Part shown: piece after piece, positions 21,622 to 31,356 of the stretch
Layout: each line of letters begins with the position of its first letter
Numbering within the stretch: the first letter of the stretch is position 1
DNA from: Candidatus Moranella endobia PCIT
Lineage (GTDB): Bacteria; Pseudomonadota; Gammaproteobacteria; Enterobacterales; Enterobacteriaceae
DNA: 32,000 nucleotides
Reading direction: 5' to 3'
Assembly: GCF_000219175.1 (NCBI RefSeq)
Contig: NC_015735.1
Span: 90,001-122,000 of the forward strand
Notes under the pieces: generated by a model
Told to the model about the DNA's origin: nothing
What the model saw: only the letters and a program-made list of their open reading frames with translations
The model's database searches: none
Made by a program: the position numbers and the translations under genes

Positions 21622-23952
21622 ATGTCACCAAGTACCTTTCTGCAAAGAAAGGCAGAAAAAAACAAGTTCTCAGTACCTAGTCGAGAATTGATCCTCGCTT
21701 ATTTAGCCAAGCGAGAACAACCAGTTAGCTGCGAAGAATTAGCGAGCGAACTAAAACTAAACATCAGTGCTAAAAATCAGTTGGATGGCTTACGTCGTCG
21801 GCTACGCGCTATGGCGCGAGACGCGCAATTAATTTTTACTCGCCAGCAGTGCTACTATCTACCAGAGCGCTTAGATGTTGTACGTGGTACGGTCATTGGC
21901 CATCGTGATGGTTTCGGTTTTTTACGTGTAGAAGGTAGCAAGAACGATTACTACTTGTCCGTAGAACAGATGAAAATGGTTATTCACGGCGATATTGCCC
22001 TGGCACAGCCACAGAGCAAGGATCACAAAAATCGCCGCGAGGCACGCATTGTGCAGGTATTAGTGCCAAAAAATAGCCTAATAGTTGGACGTTTTTTAAG
22101 TAAACACGGTAGCGCTTTCGTAGTGCCAAATGATAGCCGTCTCAATTTCAACATACTAATTCCACCGGAAGCGACCAATGGCTCTAGCATGGGTTGCGTA
22201 GTGGTTGTTAAACTTACCCAGCGCCCAACTAAGCGGACCAAAGCTATTGGCAAAGTAGTAGAAGTACTAGGCAATAATATGGGTACCAGTATGATAGTAG
22301 ATATTGCGCTACGTAACCACGATATTCCATACTTTTGGCCACCGGAAGTTGAGCAACAAATTGCTGAGTTGAAAGAAGAGGTACAGGAAGAGGAAAAGTA
22401 CGGTCGTATCGATTTACGAGCACTACCTTTTGTGACTATCGATGGCGAGGATGCACGCGATTTTGACGATGCTGTGTATTGTGAGACCAAACGCAACGGC
22501 GGCTGGCGTCTGTGGGTAGCGATCTCTGACGTTAGCTGTTATGTTCGCCCGCATACCCCGCTTGATCAAGAAGCCAGCCGGCGAGCAACATCAATTTATT
22601 TTCCCTCGCAGGTAATACCAATGCTACCTGAAGCACTGTCCAATGGATTATGCTCTCTTAATCCTAAGATGGATAGATTATGTATGGTCTGTGAAATGAC
22701 TATCTCAGCGCAAGGTCGTCTTTCTTCCTATAAGTTTTATGAAGCTGTGATCAATTCTCACGCTCGCCTGACCTATAACATAGTTTGGAATATTTTACAG
22801 AGCAAAAAGTCATTGCACACCCACTACTTGTCGCTCATAAAATCGCTAATGCAGTTACATGAAATGTACCAAACTTTAGAACAAGCCAACTTTCAGCTTG
22901 GTAGTCTCTATTTTGAAATTGAGGAGGCAAAGTTCATCTTCAATGCTGAGCATCGCATCGCGCGTATAGAACCAGTGAAACGCAATAATGCTCATAAACT
23001 GATCGAACAATGTATGATTTTAGCGAATATTGCCGCAGCGCGCTTTGTTGAGAAGCATCAAGAACCAGCATTGTATCGAGTACATGAACGTCCAAACAAC
23101 GACAATATCACTTCTTTACGAACGATATTAGGCGAATTAGGGATGACCTTGGGCGGAGGTGATAAACCCGAAGCGAAAGATTATGCTAATTTATTAAACC
23201 AAGTCTATAGCCAGCCAAATCAAGAACTATTGCAAACAATGTTACTGCGATCAATGAAACAGGCGATTTATGCTCATGAAAACCGTGGCCATTTTGGGTT
23301 GTCGCTGCAGGCTTATACACATTTTACTTCACCTATCCGCCGCTATCCTGATCTTACGCTACATAGAGCAATTAAATATATTATTGGCCGTCAAAATGGT
23401 AAAGTTGACGGCCGCACTACGCCGACTGGGGGCTGGCATGCTGAGCTGGAAGAAATATTAACAATTGGCAAACAATGTTCGCTAGGTGAGCGACGAGCAG
23501 ATGAAGCGACCAGAAACGTAGCGGACTGGCTAAAGTGCGATTTTATGCAAGATCAAGTTGGAAAGGTATTCAAAGGAATTATTACTAGTGTCACCAGTTT
23601 TGGCTTCTTTGTGCGGCTAAATAATATGTTTATCGACGGCCTAGTGCATATTTCGTCCCTATACCATGACTATTACCGTTACGATAATATTGGTCAGCGA
23701 CTGATAGGAGAGTTATACGGCAAAATTTACCGGCTAGGGGATGCAGTTGAAATATACGTCAAAGCCGTGCATATGGAAGAACGCAAAATTGATTTTTCAT
23801 TAATTGCTAGCTACCATCAGCCGATGGTAGCTAGCAATATGGCAAACCAATGTCAACAGAAAACCAAAAACAAAGTAAAAACAAGCAGTATTCGAAATAA
23901 ATACCAGCGCAGCCGAAGACACAATACAGTGCAAAAGACCACTGGCAACTAA
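21622..23952 (+). CDS. rnr: ribonuclease R
   Basis: The 776-aa ORF is colinear with E. coli RNase R (GTVIGHRDG.GFLRVEG, TIDGEDARDFDDAVYCE, SIYFPSQVIPMLPE.LSNGLCSLNP, HFGL.LQ.Y.HFTSPIRRYPDLTLHRAIKY, S1 domain GFFVRL...FIDGLVH.SSL). The basic C-terminal tail is shorter than in E. coli. Confidence 0.96.
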   Translation: MSPSTFLQRKAEKNKFSVPSRELILAYLAKREQPVSCEELASELKLNISAKNQLDGLRRRLRAMARDAQLIFTRQQCYYLPERLDVVRGTVIGHRDGFGFLRVEGSKNDYYLSVEQMKMVIHGDIALAQPQSKDHKNRREARIVQVLVPKNSLIVGRFLSKHGSAFVVPNDSRLNFNILIPPEATNGSSMGCVVVVKLTQRPTKRTKAIGKVVEVLGNNMGTSMIVDIALRNHDIPYFWPPEVEQQIAELKEEVQEEEKYGRIDLRALPFVTIDGEDARDFDDAVYCETKRNGGWRLWVAISDVSCYVRPHTPLDQEASRRATSIYFPSQVIPMLPEALSNGLCSLNPKMDRLCMVCEMTISAQGRLSSYKFYEAVINSHARLTYNIVWNILQSKKSLHTHYLSLIKSLMQLHEMYQTLEQANFQLGSLYFEIEEAKFIFNAEHRIARIEPVKRNNAHKLIEQCMILANIAAARFVEKHQEPALYRVHERPNNDNITSLRTILGELGMTLGGGDKPEAKDYANLLNQVYSQPNQELLQTMLLRSMKQAIYAHENRGHFGLSLQAYTHFTSPIRRYPDLTLHRAIKYIIGRQNGKVDGRTTPTGGWHAELEEILTIGKQCSLGERRADEATRNVADWLKCDFMQDQVGKVFKGIITSVTSFGFFVRLNNMFIDGLVHISSLYHDYYRYDNIGQRLIGELYGKIYRLGDAVEIYVKAVHMEERKIDFSLIASYHQPMVASNMANQCQQKTKNKVKTSSIRNKYQRSRRHNTVQKTTGN

Positions 23953-24064
23953 TAAAACTTTCGTTCAGGCGGCCGTAAGTAGTAATTACAGCAGGATGTC
24001 ATATCGGCTAAGCACCGACTACTACTCAGGTTACCTTAGCAAAACAACTAGCGGTAACATAAGC

Positions 24065-24119
24065 AGCCAGCTGCCACTGGTTACTGGCAGCTGGCTACCA
24101 AGCCAGCAGAAAACTGCTG
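24065..24119 (+). promoter_or_regulatory. two stem-loops in the rnr-rlmB spacer
   Basis: AGCCAGCTGCCA (24065-24076) pairs with TGGCAGCTGGCT (24085-24096), a perfect 12-bp stem with an 8-nt loop. It is followed by CAGCAG-AAAA-CTGCTG (24104-24119). An A10 run (24148-24157) lies just before the rlmB ATG. Confidence 0.55.
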
Positions 24120-24161
24120 TTCCGGCACCCACTTTTAGCACCACTCCAAAAAAAAAACATT

Positions 24162-24899
24162 ATGATCGAAATTATTTACGGTATTCATGCCATATTAACA
24201 CTGCTGGAACATAATCCTCAGCATTTACTGGATGTATATTTGTTAAAAGGAAAAAACAAAAACAGTTTACAGCCTATAATTCAGCAACTGGAGCAAGCCG
24301 GCATAATAATCCAAATAGCCAGTCGCAAGTGGTTTGATGAGAAAGCTGCAGGGGCCATACACCAAGGCATTATTGCCCGCGTACAAGCTAAGAAGCAACA
24401 ACAGTTGCAAGAGAATGATCTACCAGCACTGCTAGCACAGTTAGCCATGCCGCTACTACTAGTTTTGGATGGGGTCACCGATCCACATAACCTTGGTGCC
24501 TGTCTACGCTGTGCCGATGCTACTGGTGTACATGCGGTTATTGTTCCGCGTAATCGAGCAGCACCGTTAAACGCAACAGCTAAAAAAGTAGCTAGTGGCG
24601 CGGCGGAGACCGTGCCACTATTCCGTATTACCAATCTAACGCGCACGCTACGTATTCTGCAAGCGCATAATGTATGGATTGTGGGAACCGCAGGCGAGGC
24701 TACTCATACTCTCTATCAGAGTAAATTAACAGGGCCATTAGCTCTAGTAATGGGCGAGGAACACGTAGGTATGCGCCGTCTAACCCGTGAACACTGTGAT
24801 GAAATAATTAGCATTCCCATGGCTGGCGCCGTTTCGTCCCTTAATGTGTCGGTTGCAGCTGGGGTATGCCTATTTGAAGCGGTACGACAACGTCGTTAA
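24162..24899 (+). CDS. rlmB: 23S rRNA (guanosine2251-2'-O)-methyltransferase (SpoU family)
   Basis: The 245-aa ORF is colinear with E. coli RlmB ([66 protein letters not shown]). Confidence 0.95.
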   Translation: MIEIIYGIHAILTLLEHNPQHLLDVYLLKGKNKNSLQPIIQQLEQAGIIIQIASRKWFDEKAAGAIHQGIIARVQAKKQQQLQENDLPALLAQLAMPLLLVLDGVTDPHNLGACLRCADATGVHAVIVPRNRAAPLNATAKKVASGAAETVPLFRITNLTRTLRILQAHNVWIVGTAGEATHTLYQSKLTGPLALVMGEEHVGMRRLTREHCDEIISIPMAGAVSSLNVSVAAGVCLFEAVRQRR

Positions 24900-25220
24900 A
24901 CATACTATTGCTACCTGATTCACTACCGGATTCACATTCCATATGTTAGTTCTTCTAATGTTATTAGCATCATTGTGACCCACAATTAGGAATTACACTT
25001 GCGCAATTACACCGAAATAAGGCTAATTTTTTTACACTAGCTAGTTTATTGGTATTACTACGGTTGTTTAATGAAGCTGTAAACGTTTAGCGTGTATTAA
25101 AATTATATATTATTTATTTTACTCTGACTATCTTACCCATCGAGCTAGTGGTTGCACTATTAATATAGAAAGATTATTATAAATATAATTCGAATGATTA
25201 GTACGGTGAGGAATTACATA

Positions 25221-25937
25221 ATGATGGCTGTAACTAAGCTAGTTCTAATACGTCACGGTGAAAGCCAATGGAATCATGAAAACCGTTTTACCGGCTGGAC
25301 GGATGTTGAATTATCGGCAAAAGGTCGCACCGAATCAAAGATAGCTGGTAAAATATTGAAATCAGCAGGTTATAAATTTGATGTTGCCTACACCTCTGTA
25401 CTGAAACGAGCTATTAACACCCTATGGTATATACTAACCGAACTAGATCAGGTTTGGCTACCAGTGGAAAAATCCTGGCGTTTGAACGAGCGTCATTATG
25501 GTGCACTACAGGGACTCAACAAAGCTAAAACAGCAGCAAAATACGGTGATGAACTGGTTAAACAATGGCGGCGTAGTTTAGCGATTATTCCTCCTGCACT
25601 AACCATCGATGACCAGCGTTTCCCAGGCCACGATATACGCTATGCCAAATTAACCGCTAACGAATTACCAACCACAGAAAGCCTGGCGTTGACTATCGAT
25701 CGCGTTCTGCCTTACTGGAAAGAAAATATTTTACCTCGTATGAAGAACGGTGAAAGGGTGATCATCACAGCCCACGGTAACTCCATTCGAGCAATGGTAA
25801 AATTTCTGGATAATCTTAGCGAAGAAGTGATCACAGAACTAAATATTCCTACAGGTATACCATTAGTGTACGAATTTGACAAAAATATACAAGTTATTAA
25901 TCATTACTACCTTGGTAACGCTGATGAGATAGCATAA
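25221..25937 (+). CDS. gpmA: 2,3-bisphosphoglycerate-dependent phosphoglycerate mutase
   Basis: (M)[29 protein letters not shown] is colinear with E. coli GpmA through [10 protein letters not shown]. The last ~13 residues of the E. coli tail are absent. GAGGA lies 9 nt upstream of the ATG at 25221. The ATG at 25224 matches the E. coli MAVTK start, and the ORF track's 25194 start adds unmatched residues. Confidence 0.94.
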   Translation: MMAVTKLVLIRHGESQWNHENRFTGWTDVELSAKGRTESKIAGKILKSAGYKFDVAYTSVLKRAINTLWYILTELDQVWLPVEKSWRLNERHYGALQGLNKAKTAAKYGDELVKQWRRSLAIIPPALTIDDQRFPGHDIRYAKLTANELPTTESLALTIDRVLPYWKENILPRMKNGERVIITAHGNSIRAMVKFLDNLSEEVITELNIPTGIPLVYEFDKNIQVINHYYLGNADEIA

Positions 25938-26308
25938 AGCTGCCGCGGTCTCTGTAATCACGTCATGCTAGCATCTAGTCTAGCGCTAGCATTATTGCAC
26001 ATCACGAACATCCCCTATCACAGTCAGATCAAATGATTGTCTCGATTCCAACTTCGGTTGGATAAATTGACTATAATAAAAAAACTGCATTGCATTCTTA
26101 GCTACTGTTGTAGTAGCTATTAAGCGCTATATCATGCTTATTCCACCCTTACGTAGTAAGCTTTTAAATAGCTTATATACGTACACAGCGTGCTCGATAA
26201 CTGACTTGTCTAAATAAATGTGATTTCATCAACTATAGATATTCTTAGTTTTGTCACTGTACACTTTCAATAATATTGAATTTCATGAATTAACGTGAGG
26301 TTTTTGCT

Positions 26309-28198
26309 ATGTTTGATTTAGATCATTTCGATGTAATTATAATTGGTGGCGGTCATGCAGGCACGGAAGCTGGAATGGCTTCGGCACGGATGGGATGCAA
26401 AACTATGTTACTAACACAGAATATTGATACACTTGGACAAATGTCTTGTAACCCTGCAATTGGCGGTATCGGTAAAGGACATTTAGTAAAAGAAATTGAT
26501 GCTATGGGCGGCGTGATGGCACAGGCCATCGATCATGCTGGTATTCAATTTAGGAGGTTAAACTTCAGTAAGGGGCCAGCAGTTAGGGCGACCCGCGCCC
26601 AGGCTGATCGCTTGCTTTACCGTCAGGCGGTGCGCGCAGCGCTTGATAACCAGCCCAATTTACTAATTTTTCAACAGGAAGTAGAGGATCTAATCATAGA
26701 AGGTGATAGTGTCGTCGGCGCTGTTACTCAAATGGGACTTAAATTCCGCGCCCGTGCCGTGGTTCTTACCGTTGGGACCTTTCTCAATGGCAAAATACAT
26801 ATAGGAATGAATAACTACAGCGGCGGTAGGGCAGGTGATCCGTCATCAAGTGCACTATCGCGCCGTCTGCGTGAGCTGCCATTCCGGGTGCATCGCCTAA
26901 AAACTGGTACACCACCTCGCATTAATGTACGTAGTATAGATTTTACACATCTAGCAATGCAGCGAGGAGACAATCCACTACCGGTTTTCTCGTTCCTTGG
27001 ATCTGCGGATCAACACCCGCGCCAAATTCCATGTTATATTACCTATACCAATGATCATACTCATGAAATAATACGTCAAAATCTTGATCGTAGCCCAATT
27101 TATGCTGGCATTATTGCAGAAGTTGGGCCACGCTATTGTCCTTCAATAGAAGATAAGGTCATGCGCTTCGCTGATCGTAATGCCCATCAGATTTTCCTCG
27201 AGCCAGAAGGGCTAACCAGCAATGAAATTTATCCCAACGGCATATCAACCAGCTTACCGTTTGATGTACAGATGAAAATTATTAACTCCGTGCAAGGTCT
27301 AGAGAACGCACGCATAGTGCGTCCAGGCTACGCAATCGAGTACGATTTCTTTGATCCACGTGATCTAAAGCTAACTATGGAAAGTAAATTGATCAATGGA
27401 CTGTTCTTCGCCGGCCAAATCAACGGTACTACCGGATATGAAGAGGCAGCAGCCCAGGGTATGCTAGCTGGTTTGAACGCAGCAAGACTTGCGATCGGTA
27501 AAACTGGTTGGTCACCACGGCGTGATCAAGCCTATCTCGGCGTACTAGTAGATGATTTATGTACTCTTGGTACAAAAGAGCCTTACCGTATGTTTACCTC
27601 GCGTGCCGAATATAGACTGTTGTTACGGGAAGATAACGCAGATCTTCGGCTAACGGAAATTGGTAGAAAACTAGGAATGGTAGATGATATGCGCTGGGCA
27701 AGATTCTGTTCTAAGCAGGAACAGATAGAGCTCGAGCATCAGCGTCTGCGTAATATTTGGGTACATCCCCGCAGCGCCGGCATAAAAAAGCTTAATACGC
27801 TGCTTAAAACACCGCTGAAACAAGCAACTAACGGCGCCGAATTACTGTGCCGCCCAGAGATAAATTACGCACAGCTGACCAGTTTGAATGATTTTGGTCC
27901 AGCAATCACTGACGAGCAGGCAGCAGAACAGATCGAGATCATGATTAAATATCATGGTTATATTATTCGTCAACAGGAGGAAATTGAACGTCATATACGC
28001 CATGAAAATACACTGCTGCCAACTGATATTGATTTTAGCGTTGTATCTAGCCTATCCAACGAAGTTGTAGCTAAACTAAATGCTTACAAACCCCAATCTA
28101 TCAGCCAGGCTTCAAGAATTTCTGGAGTTACGCCAGCTGCCATTTCTGTTTTGCTGGTCTGGCTGAAAAAACAAGGATTGCTACGCAGTAGCGTCTGA
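26309..28198 (+). CDS. mnmG: tRNA uridine 5-carboxymethylaminomethyl modification enzyme MnmG (GidA)
   Basis: The 629-aa ORF is colinear with E. coli MnmG ([100 protein letters not shown]). Confidence 0.97.
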   Translation: MFDLDHFDVIIIGGGHAGTEAGMASARMGCKTMLLTQNIDTLGQMSCNPAIGGIGKGHLVKEIDAMGGVMAQAIDHAGIQFRRLNFSKGPAVRATRAQADRLLYRQAVRAALDNQPNLLIFQQEVEDLIIEGDSVVGAVTQMGLKFRARAVVLTVGTFLNGKIHIGMNNYSGGRAGDPSSSALSRRLRELPFRVHRLKTGTPPRINVRSIDFTHLAMQRGDNPLPVFSFLGSADQHPRQIPCYITYTNDHTHEIIRQNLDRSPIYAGIIAEVGPRYCPSIEDKVMRFADRNAHQIFLEPEGLTSNEIYPNGISTSLPFDVQMKIINSVQGLENARIVRPGYAIEYDFFDPRDLKLTMESKLINGLFFAGQINGTTGYEEAAAQGMLAGLNAARLAIGKTGWSPRRDQAYLGVLVDDLCTLGTKEPYRMFTSRAEYRLLLREDNADLRLTEIGRKLGMVDDMRWARFCSKQEQIELEHQRLRNIWVHPRSAGIKKLNTLLKTPLKQATNGAELLCRPEINYAQLTSLNDFGPAITDEQAAEQIEIMIKYHGYIIRQQEEIERHIRHENTLLPTDIDFSVVSSLSNEVVAKLNAYKPQSISQASRISGVTPAAISVLLVWLKKQGLLRSSV

Positions 28199-28234
28199 AA
28201 AAGACTGCATAACTCAATAATTAATATTAAACTA

Positions 28235-28273
28235 AACTACTAACTATGCGCCGATAGCATATAGTTAGTAGTT
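28235..28273 (+). terminator. imperfect hairpin 37 nt after the mnmG stop (possible terminator or mRNA-stabilising stem)
   Basis: AACTACTAACTATGC (28235-28249), a 7-nt loop, then GCAT[AT]AGTTAGTAGTT (28257-28273). This gives a 15-bp stem with a 2-nt bulge. There is no U-run after it. Confidence 0.3.
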
Positions 28274-28589
28274 ACCACGACGAAGGTAATAAAGTTAATA
28301 CTAGGTTACTAGTTATCTGCTTAACGTGATATGTGGAAACCTTGGCAGCACAGCACTAGTAAGTTCGTGGTGCTGCTATTATCGCAGCAATAATAGCTGT
28401 CAATAGTCATTTTTCCCTAACCAGTAACTAAACTAACTAGCGGGGAAACTAGATTTGTACAATAAGACTATGTTAATCCAATATCTCACGCCTGCTCTGT
28501 ATCTAAGATAAAAGCAGTGCTAACTAAGAAAGGCATTACTTATGCTAGCGCAAGTAATGTAATCCAGCGATGATGTAAATAATTTATAT

Positions 28590-29000
28590 ATAGTTAGTTA
28601 CAACAACAGCTAATAATACAGCTAAATTTAGGTATAAATTGGGACTGCCGCCAGTAATAGCTGTGATAGCAACAGTTTAAAGTGTCAAGTAATGCTAGCA
28701 GCCTAGCATATCAGATACGAGCAAAATGCCCCTGATCGCCCCAAAAAATATGCCAAGCATCCGGTTAGTACTCGATAAACCAGTTTTTTCCACAAGTACA
28801 AACCAGCGAAACAGACTAACCATAAAAATTAGGTATATGTTCCTGACATGTAATTGTTACAATATTTGCCATTTATGCCCGCGCAATGAACGATACCACT
28901 GGCAAGCAAGATTGTTTCTAGTAACCACAGAAGGTGGTACCTTTGCCGTTGGTACCACGACCTACAATGATCCAGGTAGCTGGAAAGATGTAGCTTGAGG
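28590..29000 (-). pseudogene. folC: eroded folC-like (folylpolyglutamate/dihydrofolate synthase, Mur-ligase family) pseudogene remnant
   Basis: The minus-strand translation gives VGRGTNGKGTT (P-loop codons at 28956-28933), compared with E. coli FolC VAGTNGKGTT. After a frame shift (11 nt where 9 are expected), LETILLASG (28921-28895) matches LESILMAAG. LAYF at about 28756-28745 matches LTYF, exactly 195 nt from the P-loop as in E. coli. Then TVAI..GG..LAVVVT (about 28680-28600) matches DVVI..GLGG..VAVVTS. Several stops and frame shifts interrupt the reading. The plus-strand 90-aa ORF 28726-28998 is its antisense shadow. Confidence 0.55.
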
Positions 29001-29544
29001 AATAAGTATTTATATCTTTTTATTCATGAGTTTATATGTTAAATCTTCACTAGAAGATAGCCTAACAACTTTAAGCCATTGTTATTATGGCGACAATCGA
29101 TATCAGCATAGTGCTTTTTTTAACAACTCTGAAAATCTTAATATCAAATGCTGTAATAATATTACTAGATGAGATCTAAAAGTTATAGAACACTCATTTA
29201 GTTAAACTACACAGCTAATATAATAACTAATTAGCCTACCACGGCCTATCACTATAATTTTGCAAATGCATATTTGCTGTCCGGGAAGTAACTAATAGTG
29301 GAGTGGTAAGATAATACCGAAGCAATAATATAATAACGGCCACTATTAATTTTTATTTGATGTACGGCCACTATCGCAATCTCTTGATCTTGCTGTTGTG
29401 CAATAGTTGTATATACATGTTGTTTATATTCCAACTACTGATTGCCAAGTAGTAATACTAAAAATCAACATTATTTAGCAGCGAGTATTACTACTCATAT
29501 CATATGGACAGTTTATCTGTATCAACTCAAGCAACTAATATTTG

Positions 29545-30651
29545 TTAAAACATATATGTCAGGCCTAACGCAATGATATTTTTGGTTGATATTTGTGCGG
29601 CACTGATAAAATCATTATTGGAAAGCAAATTGATGCGATAATCAATGAAAGTAAGCATGTGTTTGCTGAAGTTATACCTAGCGCCAACATCAATATGTTT
29701 TTTAATATCTTGTCTTTTACTACTATAGTCACTGTCCACGCGCAACTGTAGATAACCAAGAGAAGGACGCAGGCCAAAATATAATTTATATTGTGCTATT
29801 AATGCAATATTGTGCGCATTTTTAGCAACACCATACTTTTCGCCAGTGAATTTACCGTAGGACGTCATGTTACGGGTTTTACCGTACAGAGCCGCCAGAT
29901 AAATTTTATCGGCATTATATTTCATGCCGAAAAAGCAAGCCTGAGCTTTTTTACCTGTATTACGCGTAATCTTCTGCAAGCGCTGATACATAGTGCGATT
30001 ACTGCTGGTAACTGCAGCACCGGCTGAAACTCCCTTACCAAAATCGTAAGTAACTGATATACCATAGCCTACGCCATTTTCTTTCTGGAGATCAAGATCT
30101 GTTTTATGCTCAACTTTGCTATCATTTTTTCCTTGATATTGCAGTGCAAAATTAAAGCCATCTAACCTGCCGAAGCAGTTGGTATTGCGATAGGTTAGCA
30201 AGCTATTGGCGCGGCCAGTAATAACATTATCAGTAACTGTGGTATCCCCGCTGAATACTAGCACAATATCTGTCCAGGCACCGACGTCATACAGTACTCC
30301 GTAGTTCCGTCCATAATCGATACTGCCCACGTTGGTGAACTTGATACCGGCAAAACCTAATCGGCTAAAGTGATTGTTTGCGACTATACTTTCGGTATGG
30401 CGCAACCCAACTTCCTGTTCCAAGGTACCGAAACTAATAATATTAGCGCTAAGCTTGGTTTCTGCCCGGAAGCCATAACGAACAAAAGAACGATCACCGT
30501 TTTTATTAGCATAAAATGACATATAACGTATACAGTTGAATTTACCGTACAAATCAAGTTTATTACCTTCTTTATTATAAACTTCGGTGGCTCTGGCACT
30601 ACTTACCATCGCTATTGCCGACATTAGTACAGAAAGATATTGTATTTTCAT
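29545..30651 (-). CDS. general-diffusion outer-membrane porin, OmpC/OmpF/PhoE family
   Basis: The 368-aa ORF has a signal peptide (MKIQYLSVLMSAIAMVSSARA|TEVYNK) and the motifs EVYNKEGNKLDLYGK, SRLGFAGIKF.NVGSIDYGRNYGVLYD, TYRN.N.FG..DG.NFALQY.GKN, GMKY.A..IYLAA.YG.TRN and FGLRPS.GY, plus a C-terminal aromatic residue (..LTYMF). It is colinear with E. coli OmpF/OmpC. AGAGGG lies upstream of the ATG. Confidence 0.88.
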   Translation of the reverse strand: MKIQYLSVLMSAIAMVSSARATEVYNKEGNKLDLYGKFNCIRYMSFYANKNGDRSFVRYGFRAETKLSANIISFGTLEQEVGLRHTESIVANNHFSRLGFAGIKFTNVGSIDYGRNYGVLYDVGAWTDIVLVFSGDTTVTDNVITGRANSLLTYRNTNCFGRLDGFNFALQYQGKNDSKVEHKTDLDLQKENGVGYGISVTYDFGKGVSAGAAVTSSNRTMYQRLQKITRNTGKKAQACFFGMKYNADKIYLAALYGKTRNMTSYGKFTGEKYGVAKNAHNIALIAQYKLYFGLRPSLGYLQLRVDSDYSSKRQDIKKHIDVGARYNFSKHMLTFIDYRINLLSNNDFISAAQISTKNIIALGLTYMF

Positions 30652-30814
30652 CTTGATACCCTCTATATATGTTATATTTTGCCACTAATAACTTAACAGC
30701 AGCAAAGGCTAAAATAACAACAAGAGTATGCAAAAAAATTGCAGCTCACTAATCAAGCTGATATTTCACTGAGCAAAAATTATGCTAAAACGCAAAAATA
30801 AGACGACGTTGTCC

Positions 30815-30843
30815 TTGTTTTTAGCCAACTAGCTCATTATAAT
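30815..30843 (+). promoter_or_regulatory. candidate sigma-70 promoter for the rpsF operon
   Basis: TTGTTT (30815-20), a 17-nt spacer, then consensus TATAAT (30838-43). This would give a leader of roughly 90 nt. It rests on a motif match only. Confidence 0.35.
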
Positions 30844-30878
30844 TGCGCGCCGTTTTTCGAATAAAAACTTATGTATAA

Positions 30879-30936
30879 GTTCCTTACTTCCATGGGATAA
30901 AGTTGACCATCGGAGGTTGAATAATCCGTAAGGAGC
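30879..30936 (+). promoter_or_regulatory. rpsF leader helix sequestering the Shine-Dalgarno sequence (possible S6:S18 autoregulatory leader)
   Basis: GTTCCTTAC (30879-30887) can pair with GTAAGGAGC (30928-30936): 8 Watson-Crick pairs and one G.U. The 3' arm contains the AAGGAG SD, 7 nt before the ATG at 30943. Confidence 0.35.
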
Positions 30937-30942
30937 CATTCT

Positions 30943-31353
30943 ATGCGTCATTACGAAATAGTTTTTATGGTGCATCCTGACCAAAGCGAACAGGTTACTG
31001 GTATGATCGAACGCTATAGCAACCTGATTGCTATTGCTAAAGGCAAAATCCATCGTCTTGAAGACTGGGGACGTCGTCAGTTAGCGTACCCAATTAACAA
31101 ACTACATAAAGCGCACTACGTTCTGCTGAACGTAGAAGCACCACAGAAAGTAGTAGAAGAGCTAGAAATAGCTTTTCGCTTCAATGACGCCATTATCCGC
31201 AGCATAGTCATGCGTGTTAAGCACGCCGCAACTGAAGCATCTCCGATCGGAAAAGTAAAAGACGAACGCCGCAAGCGCCGTGAAAATTTTGTAATCGATA
31301 CTAACGAAGATTCTAATGCTGGTGATTCTGAAGAATACGATCATGTTAGATAG
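30943..31353 (+). CDS. rpsF: 30S ribosomal protein S6
   Basis: [24 protein letters not shown]......[35 protein letters not shown] matches E. coli S6. Confidence 0.97.
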   Translation: MRHYEIVFMVHPDQSEQVTGMIERYSNLIAIAKGKIHRLEDWGRRQLAYPINKLHKAHYVLLNVEAPQKVVEELEIAFRFNDAIIRSIVMRVKHAATEASPIGKVKDERRKRRENFVIDTNEDSNAGDSEEYDHVR

Positions 31354-31356
31354 ATC

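Noticed and set aside
23996-24214. 72-aa ORF in the rnr-rlmB spacer that overlaps the rlmB start.
   Set aside because: It has no RBS and a Ser/Thr/Pro-rich composition. It spans the hairpins and the A10 tract and overlaps rlmB out of frame, so it is most likely spurious.
25965-25992. Hairpin ATGCTAGC-12 nt-GCTAGCAT after the gpmA stop, considered as a terminator.
   Set aside because: It has only 8 bp built from the self-complementary GCTAGC, a large loop and a weak T tail (TATT). It is too marginal to annotate.
28726-28998. 90-aa plus-strand ORF in the gap after mnmG.
   Set aside because: The opposite strand carries the recognisable FolC P-loop and the following motifs. This ORF is the antisense shadow of that pseudogene.
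29252-29434. 60-aa minus-strand ORF downstream of the porin. Also the small ORFs 30829-31053(-), 31341-31589(-) and 31637-31843(-) that overlap rpsF, priB and rpsR.
   Set aside because: They are short, lack motifs or an RBS, and either overlap well-supported ribosomal-protein genes or lie in AT-rich spacer.
29448-29495. 12-bp perfect inverted repeat AGTAGTAATACT...AGTATTACTACT downstream of the porin stop, considered as a possible terminator.
   Set aside because: The loop is 24 nt and there is no U-run on the transcribed (minus) strand. The stem is real, but a terminator assignment is not justified.
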